Source: a virus
Taxonomy: Duplodnaviria > Heunggongvirae > Uroviricota > Caudoviricetes
Direction: 5' to 3' (one strand)
IMG/VR virus record: IMGVR_UViG_2585427758_000008
DNA: 24,624 bases
Shown: piece after piece, positions 15,601 to 24,624 of the stretch
Position numbering within the stretch: the first letter of the stretch is position 1
Layout: each line of letters opens with the position of its first letter
The notes under the pieces: model-generated
The model's database searches: none
What the model was told of the DNA's origin: nothing
The model's input: the letters and a program-made list of their open reading frames with translations, nothing else
Program-made: the position numbers and the translations under genes

Positions 15601-17658
15601 ATGGCAAAAAACCTGAAAGCCTCCCTGATTGTCGATTTACTCGGCAATATTTCTGCCAAATCCCGCCAGTGGTCACAGGAGCTGGGGGCATTCTCCCGTT
15701 CCGGCAGGACGGGGCTGGGTGGTCTTGGAAATGCAGCACGTCGTGCCGGTCAGGAGACAGAACTTGTCGGCTCCCGTATGCAGCGAACGCTTGCCGGTGT
15801 TCGTGGCAGTATCCGCACGGTGACGTCAGATTTTGACCGCCTTCAGGGCAGCATTACCGGCACCATCGGGCGGATAAGCAACCTTTACGGGATGCTGGCG
15901 GGAGGGGCTGCGGTCTACGGGTTTAATAAAGCCTTTATCCGCCCGGCCGCAGAGATGGAGAACTATATTCTGCGTCTCAACGCCATTAATCATGGCGATA
16001 CGGCAAAAACGGAAGCAGTGAAAGCCTGGGCGGTACAGAACGCCAAAGACACCACCTGGGGGCTGGCGGGGGTTATGCAGGAATACGCCTCCAGTCGCGG
16101 GTTCGGTATGAGTGACAGGGAAGCCCGTCGCTTTATTACCATGCTTCAGGATCAGGGCGGCTATCACGGCTGGTCACTGTCAGATGCACAGGGTGCGTCC
16201 CTGCAACTCAAACAGATGTTTGCCCGCCAGAGTATCCAGGCAGCGGACGCCAATATTCTGACCGGATACGGGATTAACGTTTACCAGTTGCTGGCCGATA
16301 AGCTGGGTGTAAACCAGAAGATCATCCGTGAGAAAGGCGAGAAAGGAAAACTGGGACCGGACAGCATTCGCCTGTTATTTCAGGTGATGGCCGAACAGGC
16401 AAAAGGTGCCCAGAAAAACGCCATGAACTCATGGACGGGAATGACGTCCATGATGGGTGACGTCTGGGATCAGTTTGCCCGTGACGTGATGGCGAAGGGA
16501 CCGTTTGACAGCCTGAAAAAGAGCCTGAAAGGCTTTCTGGATTATGCCGATGCGGCACAGAAAAGCGGCTTACAGGATAAGCTGGCCACACAGACGGCCT
16601 CAGCACTGAATCAGGGATTTGAGTATGCCAGAGATGCTGCGACCGGCTTTTACCGGGCCATTCAGAAAGTCAGGGAAACGCTTCAGGCACTGCGCGACGC
16701 CGGTTATGGCGATGCGCTGGATCGTATTGGTCAGGGTGCGCAGACCGCCGCAAAGTACCTGATGTATATGTATCTCGCCTCCCGTGCGCTGAAGGTGCTC
16801 AGGTTTGCAGGGACGGGGGCATTACGTCTCGGCGCAACCCCCTTACGCTATGGCATGGCGATGACCTCCGTGCTGACGTCGCCCTTCCGCAAACCGCAGA
16901 CCACTGTACCGGGAACGCAGCCCGGACGCGCTGGCCGGTTCCTGAATTTCCTTACCGGGGTAAATCCGGCTGCCGTTCAGCCCGTGCTGGTCACCAACTG
17001 GCCTGCGGGTGGCCTGGCCTCAGGTGGCGGGGATGTGGTGGTCAGCGGTGACGGCAAAACCGTGCGCGGCCGTAAAAAACGCGGCCCCGGACGTGGACGG
17101 GGTGTCACGACCGTCGTGACTGCCGGTGAGCAACTGGCGGAGAGTGCCGGTAAACAGGGCTTCTTCGGTCGTATGATGAGCCGTGCCGGTGGTCTGCTAA
17201 CGGCGGCCGGAAACCGCATGGGGCTGGGGCGTTTTGCCGGGCTGTTCCGTGGTGCCGGTCGGCTGGGTGGTGGTGCCCTGTGGGCCGGTGCCATGGCGGC
17301 TCCTGTACTGCTGGACAGCAGCGCCAGTGCAGCCGATAAAGCCGGTGCCGTGGGTTCTCTTGCCGGAAGTATCGCCGGTGGCGCGCTGGGGGCGGCTGCC
17401 GGTCCGGTCGGGGTTGCCATTGGTTCCACGGTGGGCAGCTATCTCGGTGATTATCTGGGGGGCTGGCTGACGCAGGCCTGGCAGAAACTGCGTGGCAGCA
17501 GTGACGAAAACGGCGGACAGGCCACCGCGAAAACCGCCGCACGGGTGGAGCTTGTGGCCCCTGAAGGCTGGCGGGCGCGCAGTATTGATGTGGATGATAC
17601 CGCACAGCATGGCCTGGATGTGAACGTCTGGAACGGAGGGAACTATGGCCTCTACTGA
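15601..17658 (+). CDS. Tail tape measure protein (Mu gp42-like)
   Basis: 685-aa ORF, largest in the tail module; Gly/Ala-rich C-terminal region; position after the chaperone. Confidence 0.75.
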   Translation: MAKNLKASLIVDLLGNISAKSRQWSQELGAFSRSGRTGLGGLGNAARRAGQETELVGSRMQRTLAGVRGSIRTVTSDFDRLQGSITGTIGRISNLYGMLAGGAAVYGFNKAFIRPAAEMENYILRLNAINHGDTAKTEAVKAWAVQNAKDTTWGLAGVMQEYASSRGFGMSDREARRFITMLQDQGGYHGWSLSDAQGASLQLKQMFARQSIQAADANILTGYGINVYQLLADKLGVNQKIIREKGEKGKLGPDSIRLLFQVMAEQAKGAQKNAMNSWTGMTSMMGDVWDQFARDVMAKGPFDSLKKSLKGFLDYADAAQKSGLQDKLATQTASALNQGFEYARDAATGFYRAIQKVRETLQALRDAGYGDALDRIGQGAQTAAKYLMYMYLASRALKVLRFAGTGALRLGATPLRYGMAMTSVLTSPFRKPQTTVPGTQPGRAGRFLNFLTGVNPAAVQPVLVTNWPAGGLASGGGDVVVSGDGKTVRGRKKRGPGRGRGVTTVVTAGEQLAESAGKQGFFGRMMSRAGGLLTAAGNRMGLGRFAGLFRGAGRLGGGALWAGAMAAPVLLDSSASAADKAGAVGSLAGSIAGGALGAAAGPVGVAIGSTVGSYLGDYLGGWLTQAWQKLRGSSDENGGQATAKTAARVELVAPEGWRARSIDVDDTAQHGLDVNVWNGGNYGLY

Positions 17659-19003
17659 CACGCCGGGGCGTGGCTCCTTTCGTGGCGTACCGTTCCTGGT
17701 TTATCAGGAGCAGCGGGAACGGGGCGGACGTAACATTGTGCGCCGTGAATACCCACTGCGTGAAAGCGGCGGTGCGGATGATCTGGGGCCAAAACTCCCG
17801 GAGTTCACATTCACGGTTCTAGTGACCGGAGACGATCTTCAGACACAGCGAAGCCGCCTGCGTGATGCGCTGCGTGCACCCGGTGCCGGTGAACTGATGC
17901 ACCCGGATTACGGCACGTTAAACGTGCTGATAAACAGCTTTGAAAGCCGTTATAACGCCAGCGAGCAGGGAACGGTTGAGTTCACGATCAACGTGACCCC
18001 CGCCAGTGACGATACCGCCCCTTCGGTGGCAGAAGATACGGCAGCTGCGCTGGAGCAGAAAAGCGGCTCAGCAATGAATCAGCTGTTTAACACACTTTCA
18101 GACGGCTGGACGGTGATTTCAGACGGTCTGCATGATGTACAGGCCATGACCGACACCATCAGCGATAAAATTGATGCGCTGGAGAATGCCGTTTCAGGGA
18201 TGGGGATTGTGCAGGATATCAGTGCCTTTACGGCCAGTTTTACTGCCCTGAAAGGGAATGCCGCCGCCCTGATTAATGCGCCCCGTCGCATGGCTGAATC
18301 GCTGGCCGGAATGTTTGCCGTGCTGGCGGGGCTGCCCGGCGATCCTTCCCTGTCGCTGACCGGAAAAGCCGGAACGCCGTCCGGCAGCCTGACCACAAAC
18401 CGTGACAGCACGACAGAGCAGGCCATGCCGCAGCTGTACCGCACACTTTCTTCCCTGCGTTACACCCTCAGCGAACAGGATGATCCGCAGCGCCTGATTG
18501 GTCTGACGCCTGCGGCACAGAACAATATCCGTCTGCTGCGGAGCGTCATGCAGAGTGCAGCCCTGGTGTCGCAGGCGCAGACGGTCGGAAAACTGCTGGA
18601 TCAGGTCATCCGGCAGAATACGACGCACGTTCAGGATACTGACCGTGCGGGCGGACTGGCCTGGCTGGAAAGTTCTGCTGATGTGCAGCGTATCAACCGG
18701 GATTTGAGCGATGCCATGGAACAACAGGTGCTGGATCTGTCCGCACAGGGCCATACCGGCACCGCCCTTGCATTACGTGATGCAGGGCTTGCGCTGACAG
18801 AAGATTTAACCACGCGGAGCGTGCATCTTCCCGGTGCTTTTCAGGTCATGGTGCGAACCACCGAACCGGCACTGGTCACGCTGTACCGTGCCACCGGTAA
18901 CAGCCGCCGCTGGCAGTATTTTGTCCGCAGAAACAATATCCCCGATCCGGTTTTTGTTCCGGGTGGCCGCCGCGTGGAGGTGATCAGTGAGCAGCAGGAT
19001 TGA
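17645..19003 (+). CDS. Mu N-like DNA circularisation / tail protein (gp43-like)
   Basis: 452-aa ORF with GGAGGG RBS, directly after the tape measure as in Mu. Confidence 0.65.
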   Translation: MASTDTPGRGSFRGVPFLVYQEQRERGGRNIVRREYPLRESGGADDLGPKLPEFTFTVLVTGDDLQTQRSRLRDALRAPGAGELMHPDYGTLNVLINSFESRYNASEQGTVEFTINVTPASDDTAPSVAEDTAAALEQKSGSAMNQLFNTLSDGWTVISDGLHDVQAMTDTISDKIDALENAVSGMGIVQDISAFTASFTALKGNAAALINAPRRMAESLAGMFAVLAGLPGDPSLSLTGKAGTPSGSLTTNRDSTTEQAMPQLYRTLSSLRYTLSEQDDPQRLIGLTPAAQNNIRLLRSVMQSAALVSQAQTVGKLLDQVIRQNTTHVQDTDRAGGLAWLESSADVQRINRDLSDAMEQQVLDLSAQGHTGTALALRDAGLALTEDLTTRSVHLPGAFQVMVRTTEPALVTLYRATGNSRRWQYFVRRNNIPDPVFVPGGRRVEVISEQQD

Positions 19004-20111
19004 ACTGTATATCGGCGGCAGTATTTTTTCCGGCTGGCTGACGGTCAGCGTCCGTCGCTCGCTGGAGCATCTGGCCGGGTCGTTTGAACTGGGGCTGATG
19101 CTGCCCGGTGAGCGCATCCCCTCAGCCCTGCGGACCGGTCAGTCCCTGACGCTCAGAATTAACGGGCAGACGGTCATCAGTGGCTGGCTGGATCAGGTCA
19201 GTCAGCGGATCAGTGCAACCCGTCATCAGATCAGCATCAGCGGTCGGGATAAAACCGGCGACCTGGTGGACTGTGCCGCCATCCATCCCGGCAGCCAGTG
19301 GCGCAACCGGACGCTGGCACAGATTGCCGCAGATTTATGTGCGCCCTTCGGGATAGCCGTGCGCTGGCAGGTTAACGACGACACGGCTGCACGCCCCTTC
19401 AGCTCTTTTACGCTGGAAAACTCAGAAACCGTGGCGGATGCGCTGACCCGTGCTGCCCGGCATCGCGGGGTGCTGGTGACCAGTAATGCTGACGGCGATC
19501 TGGTGTTCACCCAGGCAGGAAGCCAGCAGACGGACAGACTGGTGCTGGGAGATAACCTGCTTGATGCCGATTACAACACGGACTGGCGAGGACGATACAG
19601 CGAATACCGTGTCCGGGGACACGGGCGCGGTGGTGGCAAACGGGGAGACAGCGAATCCGCCGCCCGTCTGGCAGCACCTGTGGGCGTCATCAGTGATGAG
19701 CAGATCGGCCGCTACCGGCCGAAAATCATCCTCGCCGATCAACAGACAGACATCACCGGTGCACGGCAGCGTGCCCTGCGTGAAATGCGCCGTGCGATTG
19801 CCCGTTCAGAACGGTTTTCTGCCACCGTGCGTGGCTGGTTCCGGGATGATGGCCGGTTATGGGATGTCAATCTGCTGACCGGTGTTTCAGCCCTGCGTTT
19901 CGGTATAGAACAGACTGAACTGCTGGTCTGTCAGGTGGAGTTTTTACTTGATGAGCATAACGGGGAAGTCACCCGGCTGGTACTGGCACCGCGTGACGGC
20001 TTTATCGTTCCGGCAGAGCCGGACAGTAAGGGCCGGGGTGGTTCCGGTGACGATGTTGATGCCTTTATTCGCCAGCAGATGAAAAAACAGGGGATCAGCT
20101 TTGATGAATGA
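18987..20111 (+). CDS. Baseplate hub protein (Mu gp44-like, P2 gpD-like)
   Basis: 374-aa ORF with apparent GTG start preceded by GGAGG; synteny. Confidence 0.7.
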   Translation: MSSRIELYIGGSIFSGWLTVSVRRSLEHLAGSFELGLMLPGERIPSALRTGQSLTLRINGQTVISGWLDQVSQRISATRHQISISGRDKTGDLVDCAAIHPGSQWRNRTLAQIAADLCAPFGIAVRWQVNDDTAARPFSSFTLENSETVADALTRAARHRGVLVTSNADGDLVFTQAGSQQTDRLVLGDNLLDADYNTDWRGRYSEYRVRGHGRGGGKRGDSESAARLAAPVGVISDEQIGRYRPKIILADQQTDITGARQRALREMRRAIARSERFSATVRGWFRDDGRLWDVNLLTGVSALRFGIEQTELLVCQVEFLLDEHNGEVTRLVLAPRDGFIVPAEPDSKGRGGSGDDVDAFIRQQMKKQGISFDE

Positions 20112-20715
20112 TGAAGTGTTCAGCCGCCTGATTGCCCCGGTAACGCGCGGTATTCGCCTGTTGTTTGGCCGGGGCGTTCTGACCGGCACACATGACGAAC
20201 TGAAAATGCAGAATGTGCAGCTCACCGGCATGGACGGCGAAACCTTTGATGATGTGGAGCGTCCCCAGCAGTACGGGCAGATCAGCGTTCCCCTGCCGGG
20301 TGCGGAAACCTTTTTTGCCTGTCTGGGCGGACAGCGGGATCAGACTGTGGTGCTTGTGGTGGAAGACCGGCGCAGCCGCCCGACCGGACTCACAGCCGGA
20401 GATACGGGGGTGTATCACCATGAGGGGCACCGGATACGGTTAACAAAGGATGGCCGCATTATTGTGACATGCAAAATGCTGGAGATTTACGCCGACGAGG
20501 GGATGCGGGTGGATACGCCGGAAGCCACCTTTACGGGCAATGTGACGGTGGATAAGAACCTGCATGTTAAGGGTAATTTCGCGCTTGAGGGTACGGGGAA
20601 ATCTCAGGGACTGTTCACAATGTCGGATGCCGTTATTGCAGGGATACGGTATTCCGGCCATGTGCATCATGATAACGGCGAAGGCAGTAAGACAGGAGTG
20701 CCGGAGAATGGCTGA
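20104..20715 (+). CDS. Baseplate spike / assembly protein V (Mu gp45-like)
   Basis: About 200-aa ORF overlapping the hub stop; synteny. Confidence 0.65.
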   Translation: MNDEVFSRLIAPVTRGIRLLFGRGVLTGTHDELKMQNVQLTGMDGETFDDVERPQQYGQISVPLPGAETFFACLGGQRDQTVVLVVEDRRSRPTGLTAGDTGVYHHEGHRIRLTKDGRIIVTCKMLEIYADEGMRVDTPEATFTGNVTVDKNLHVKGNFALEGTGKSQGLFTMSDAVIAGIRYSGHVHHDNGEGSKTGVPENG

Positions 20716-21145
20716 TATTGCAATTGTGTGGGATCAGGGATGCGGTTCGCTGCAACTGAACGGTGCCGACCTGCTGACGGATGACAGTCTGCTGACGGCC
20801 GTTCTGATTTCGCTGTTTACTGACCGCCGGGCGCTGGCATCGGATGAAATCCCTGACGGTACGCGCGACCGCCGGGGATGGTGGGGAGACAGTTTTCGCC
20901 CGCGCCCCATTGGCTCCCGTCTGTGGCTTCTCAGCCGGGAAAAAACGCTGGCCTCGGTGATAAGCCGTGCCCGTGCTTACGCGGATGAGGCGCTGGGCTG
21001 GCTCAGTCAGGATGGCGTGGCGTCATCCGTGGTCTGTCATGCAGAACGTGTGGGACACGCGCGGCTGGCGCTTTCGGTGCGCATAACCCTGCCTGATGGT
21101 TCAGTGAGGCCCATGATTTTTTATGCTGATCTTAAGGGGGAGTAA
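20708..21145 (+). CDS. Baseplate protein, GP46 family (Mu gp46-like)
   Basis: MADIAIVWDQGCGSLQLNGADLL... reads like the GP46-family N-terminus; ATG overlaps the upstream stop. Confidence 0.7.
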   Translation: MADIAIVWDQGCGSLQLNGADLLTDDSLLTAVLISLFTDRRALASDEIPDGTRDRRGWWGDSFRPRPIGSRLWLLSREKTLASVISRARAYADEALGWLSQDGVASSVVCHAERVGHARLALSVRITLPDGSVRPMIFYADLKGE

Positions 21146-22227
21146 TGCCTTATCAGCCTTTACCGCTGGCACAGTTAATCACGCAGACACAGCAGGATAT
21201 CAGCCAGCGCCTGCCCGGCTCGCAGCCGGGTGTGAATGAAACCACCCTGAATGCCATTGCTTACGCTCAGGCAGGGTTATCTGCTCAGGAGCATGAGCAT
21301 CTGGCCTGGATTGCGCGTCAGATCATCCCGACCGAAGCCGATGAAGCCGAACTGCTGAAACACTGTGCATTCTGGGGCGTCATGCGTAAGCCTGCCTCTC
21401 GGGGGGACGGGCCGGTTCAGCTGATGCTGACCACGGATGCGGGGATCAAGGAAGGTGTGCTTCTCCAGCGAAGTGATGGCGTGGTTTACCGTATCACCAC
21501 CTCCCTGACCGGTAAGGCCGGTACGCTGAATGTCAGTGTGGAAGCCGAAAGTGCCGGTCGTGCGGGGAATGCCCCGGCAGGGACAAAACTGACATTTATC
21601 ACACCGCAGGCGGGGATCAACCAGACGGCCACGGTGACCGGAACGGGGATCACCGGTGGTGCGGATGTGGAAACCGTGCCGGAGCTGCTTTCCCGTCTGG
21701 TTTTCCGGGTGCAGAATCCACCGTCCGGCGGCACGCAGTATGATTTTGAACGCTGGGCGCGTGAAGTGCCGGGCGTGACGCGGGCATGGTGCCGCCCGGA
21801 ATGGCCGCAGGCGGGCAGCGTGGGGGTAACGTTTGTTCAGGATAATAACCCGGATATTTTCCCCGGTGACGGTGATGTTCAGCGGGTGGCGGATTATATC
21901 CGCAGTCATGATGATCCGGCGACCGGCCAGCCTGTCGGACAGCCTCTGGGGCCGACGGTGACCGTGTTTAAACTGACCAATAAGCCGGTGCCCTTCAGCA
22001 TCAGGATCATCCCGAAAACACCGGAGAATCAGGCGGCCGTAAAACAGGCGCTGACCGACCTGTTGTATAACGAATCCCGGCCCGGCGGTCTGGTTCTGCC
22101 GTCGTCTTTCTGGCGGGCGGTGGCAGGGGTGAAAAATCTGGAGGATTTTGAAGTGCGCAGTCCGCTGACGTCAGTTCAGGCGGGAGACAGTGAGCTGCTG
22201 ACGGTAGGAGAAATCACATGGCTGTAA
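21145..22227 (+). CDS. Baseplate J-like protein (Mu gp47-like)
   Basis: 360-aa ORF, TAATG overlap with the upstream gene; synteny and size. Confidence 0.8.
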   Translation: MPYQPLPLAQLITQTQQDISQRLPGSQPGVNETTLNAIAYAQAGLSAQEHEHLAWIARQIIPTEADEAELLKHCAFWGVMRKPASRGDGPVQLMLTTDAGIKEGVLLQRSDGVVYRITTSLTGKAGTLNVSVEAESAGRAGNAPAGTKLTFITPQAGINQTATVTGTGITGGADVETVPELLSRLVFRVQNPPSGGTQYDFERWAREVPGVTRAWCRPEWPQAGSVGVTFVQDNNPDIFPGDGDVQRVADYIRSHDDPATGQPVGQPLGPTVTVFKLTNKPVPFSIRIIPKTPENQAAVKQALTDLLYNESRPGGLVLPSSFWRAVAGVKNLEDFEVRSPLTSVQAGDSELLTVGEITWL

Positions 22228-22778
22228 CCCTGACCCCGCATCAGCGCGCCCTGTTGCAGTTACTGCCTGACGGGCTGGCATGGGACAAGCGTCCGTCATC
22301 CGTACTGGCATCATTATGTCTGGGCCTCAGTCATTCGACAGCGCGTGTATCCTGGACGGGTAAACAGCTGCTTGCCGAGCGTTTCCCTGACACGTCGCGC
22401 CTGCTGCTGGAAGACTGGGAGCGTTATCTCGGGCTTCCCGAGTGTGATATGGCCGGAGCCACCCTCACGGAGCGACAGCGTTATGCCGGAAATAAATACC
22501 GGATGAAGCCCTCGCTGAACCGTGAATTTTATATCCGGTTTGCGGCGGAGTTTGGTTATCAGATTGACATTCAGCCCTCACCGGATTCGCAGTGGGTCAG
22601 TATTGTCACGATTAACAGTGAAACCGGCTACCGGAATATGAATGTGCTGGATGATATTCTCACGCCGCTGCGTATTTATGAAGGCGGTGCGCTGGAATGT
22701 ATTCTGAACCGTTATAAGCCTGCATGGCAGACGTTTATTTACGTTTATGCAAACAGCCATGAAGAGGAGACTATTTAA
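22218..22778 (+). CDS. Tail protein, Mu gp48 / YmfQ-like
   Basis: 186-aa ORF between the baseplate J gene and the tail fibre gene. Confidence 0.7.
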   Translation: MAVTLTPHQRALLQLLPDGLAWDKRPSSVLASLCLGLSHSTARVSWTGKQLLAERFPDTSRLLLEDWERYLGLPECDMAGATLTERQRYAGNKYRMKPSLNREFYIRFAAEFGYQIDIQPSPDSQWVSIVTINSETGYRNMNVLDDILTPLRIYEGGALECILNRYKPAWQTFIYVYANSHEEETI

Positions 22779-23668
22779 TGTTTCATGTTGATAATAATTC
22801 CGGCGTGGCGAATATGCCTGCGCTGGCACCGGCGCAGAGTAATACCACCACCTGGTTTACCGAAGGTGACGGACAAAAAGGTATCAGCTGGATTGGTCAG
22901 GACTGGCTGAATATTCTCCAGGCCGAACTGCTGAATATTCTGGCTGAAGCCAGTATTCAGCCGGATAAGGCGCAGTTAAACCAGCTTACGCTGTCCATTA
23001 AAGCCATTATCGCTGCGAATGCCTTTTCCCGGAAAAATAACCTGAAAGAAATTGCTGATGCCGGTGCGGAGGCCCAGCGTCTGGCCCGTGGTTATCTTGG
23101 TCTGGGGACGCTTGCCACAAAAAACAGTCTTGGTCCCGCTGACGTTAATGCCCTGGCGAAGGATCAGAATCTCGCCGACCTGGAGAATAAGGGAACCGCC
23201 CGTAATAATCTGGATGTTTACAGCAAAAGCGAAGGTGATAACCGTTACCTGCGCAGGGAGCAGAACGGCGCAGACATTCCGGATAAAGGGGCTTTTATCG
23301 ATAACGTCGGTTTACGGGAAACGGTAAACAGGGCGGCGAATGCCCTGCCATCGGACGGCACCGCCGTTGCCGCGAATAGACTCGCCACCCCAAGAAATAT
23401 TAATGGGGTTCCCTTTGACGGGACGCAGGACATAAACATCACTTCTGGTATAACACAGCAGGATGCGGATTCCCGATATATCCAGGATATCAGGCTGGGA
23501 GCAGAGAACAGGCAGGTAATGTACGGTGGGGCATATTACTCTGCGTACGGTAATGTTATGGCAGGCCTGCAGATTGACAGTAAAGTTGATGCTTCAAACG
23601 ATTTTATAGCATTCAGACCCCTGCAAAAATTAGTCGGAGGTACATGGATTACGGTATCTCAGTTATAA
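22778..23668 (+). CDS. Tail fibre protein S: constant N-terminal part joined to the variable C-terminal part currently in the expressed orientation
   Basis: 296-aa ORF; the recombination site lies at codons 173-181, so roughly the first 177 codons are outside the invertible segment; C-terminus ...[18 protein letters not shown]. Confidence 0.8.
   Translation: MFHVDNNSGVANMPALAPAQSNTTTWFTEGDGQKGISWIGQDWLNILQAELLNILAEASIQPDKAQLNQLTLSIKAIIAANAFSRKNNLKEIADAGAEAQRLARGYLGLGTLATKNSLGPADVNALAKDQNLADLENKGTARNNLDVYSKSEGDNRYLRREQNGADIPDKGAFIDNVGLRETVNRAANALPSDGTAVAANRLATPRNINGVPFDGTQDINITSGITQQDADSRYIQDIRLGAENRQVMYGGAYYSAYGNVMAGLQIDSKVDASNDFIAFRPLQKLVGGTWITVSQL
23295..23320. other. gix/hix-like 26-bp recombination site for a serine DNA invertase (left boundary of the invertible segment)
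   Basis: TTATCGATAACGTCGGTTTACGGGAA; its reverse complement matches the Mu gix site as I recall it (TTCCTGTAAACCGAGGTTTTGGATAA) at about 22 of 26 positions. The inner half is repeated in inverted orientation at the window edge. Confidence 0.6.
23308..23376. repeat. Inverted repeat (69 bp exact) at the left inner end of the invertible segment
   Basis: Exact reverse complement of 24556..24624, checked base by base. Confidence 0.85.
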
Positions 23669-23719
23669 ATAGTCAGTAAATAATATATTTTAAAACAGAT
23701 TTATTTCCAGGAGGATTTT

Positions 23720-24241
23720 ATGGAACTAAAAAATATAACCCGTTATTATCCTGAAAATATGCCATATGGTAATAATGTTCAGTATTTCCAGAGTGAAGAT
23801 GGTAAGGATTTCTACGAATCCCTGCCATTATTCACCAAAAAATATAAACTTTGCATAACACCTGACAGCGGCGTTATCTGCTCAATATCACAGGACGCCT
23901 CGGCGCTGTATCCTGCGGGGTTTTCTGTGGTTGAGGTCGATGAACTCCCTGAAGGCACGGATATTTCAGGAAACTGGAAGTTTGATAATGGCATAATCTC
24001 CCGTATTCCGGTTAACTACGCAAGAAAACTGGAAGCAATGCGCCAGTCATATCTTAATCAGGCATATGAAAAAATTAATGACTGGAGAACGGAGCTACAA
24101 CTGGGCACCATCAGCGATGAAGACAGAGCAGCACTTACCCAATGGATGGCATACATCAGTCAGGTGAAGAAAATGGAACTACCCGCCATTAAAACAGAAG
24201 CTGAATTTAACGCCATTAAATGGCCTGAGCAGCCACAGTAA
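23720..24241 (+). CDS. Tail fibre assembly protein (Mu U-like)
   Basis: 173-aa ORF directly after the fibre gene with AGGAGG RBS; AT-richer than its surroundings. Confidence 0.8.
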   Translation: MELKNITRYYPENMPYGNNVQYFQSEDGKDFYESLPLFTKKYKLCITPDSGVICSISQDASALYPAGFSVVEVDELPEGTDISGNWKFDNGIISRIPVNYARKLEAMRQSYLNQAYEKINDWRTELQLGTISDEDRAALTQWMAYISQVKKMELPAIKTEAEFNAIKWPEQPQ

Positions 24242-24244
24242 TAA

Positions 24245-24264
24245 AGAAGGCCGGAAGGCCTTCT
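24245..24264. terminator. Bidirectional hairpin between the convergent tfa and alternative fibre reading frames
   Basis: agaaggcc - ggaa - ggccttct, an 8-bp stem, lying in the 31-bp gap between two converging stop codons. Confidence 0.5.
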
Positions 24265-24272
24265 GAATATCA

Positions 24273-24624
24273 TTATATACTTGCAGCCGTCACCCATGCT
24301 CCATTTAACAGATACTGCAACGGCCGGTAATACACGCCGCCGACGTTATCTGCCGTATTCTTACCGACATCCTGTACTTTAATTCCGGTAAGAACATTGC
24401 CGCCCCCCAGATTCAGATCCCAGCTTTCCCATGTTCCGGGCATATGTGCGGTCACCGACCCCAGTCTTATGGCGGTTACTGTTCCTGATGAGATAGTGAT
24501 ATCCTGCGTCCCGTCAAAGGGAACACCATTAATTGTGTGGGCATTTGCCAGCCTGTTCGCGGCAACGGCGGTGCCGTCCGATGGCAGGGCATTCGCCGCC
24601 CTGTTTACCGTTTCCCGTAAACCG
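24273..24624 (-). CDS. Alternative tail-fibre C-terminal variable segment, minus strand, 5' part beyond the window
   Basis: Minus-strand frame open from the window edge to a stop at 24273; encodes ...[18 protein letters not shown]...YRPLQYLLNGAWVTAASI, parallel to the C-terminus of S. Confidence 0.65.
   Translation of the reverse strand, partial: GLRETVNRAANALPSDGTAVAANRLANAHTINGVPFDGTQDITISSGTVTAIRLGSVTAHMPGTWESWDLNLGGGNVLTGIKVQDVGKNTADNVGGVYYRPLQYLLNGAWVTAASI
24556..24624. repeat. Inverted repeat at the right inner end of the invertible segment, truncated by the window edge
   Basis: Exact reverse complement of 23308..23376; the last 13 bases ttcccgtaaaccg form the inner half of a second gix/hix-like site. 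Confidence 0.85.

Noticed and set aside
16977-17661. Three overlapping Pro/Arg-rich minus-strand ORFs of 150-166 aa
   Set aside because: Antisense to the Gly/Ala-rich part of the tape-measure gene; low-complexity mirror-image frames.
21277-21909. 210-aa minus-strand ORF
   Set aside because: Antisense to the baseplate J-like gene; no support.
1341-24241. A defence or accessory island inserted in the late operon
   Set aside because: Gene order is co-linear with Mu throughout, junctions are tightly coupled, and there are no opposite-strand cassettes or compositional breaks apart from the tail-fibre switch; the only extras are the small ORFs reported as findings.

Overview
The window is the late (lysis and morphogenesis) region of a Mu-like transposable-phage prophage, preceded by a complete IS186 copy. 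IS186 (2..1340, 23-bp terminal inverted repeats, transposase on the minus strand) sits inside the phage endolysin gene, so only the 3' part of that gene lies in the window. From 1341 to 24241 every credible gene is on the plus strand in Mu order: endolysin fragment, overlapping spanin pair, TraR/DksA-like zinc finger, gp25/gp26-like small proteins, small and large terminase, portal, F, G, protease/scaffold I, major head T, gp35-38-like, tail sheath, tail tube, gp41, tape measure, gp43 (N-like), baseplate proteins gp44-48, tail fibre S and tail-fibre assembly U. The window ends inside a Gin/Hin/Pin-type invertible tail-fibre segment: a gix/hix-like 26-bp site lies inside S, an exact inverted copy of the adjacent 69 bp sits at the window edge, and an alternative fibre C-terminus is encoded on the minus strand. 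The invertase gene should lie just beyond the right edge. I see no defence island or CRISPR array. The non-canonical items are small: an 82-aa ORF between the terminase genes that duplicates the small-terminase C-terminal tail, a structured tRNA-like element between F and G, and an invertible segment carrying only one tfa gene. All assignments come from reading the sequence and ORF translations and from recalled family features; no database search was run.
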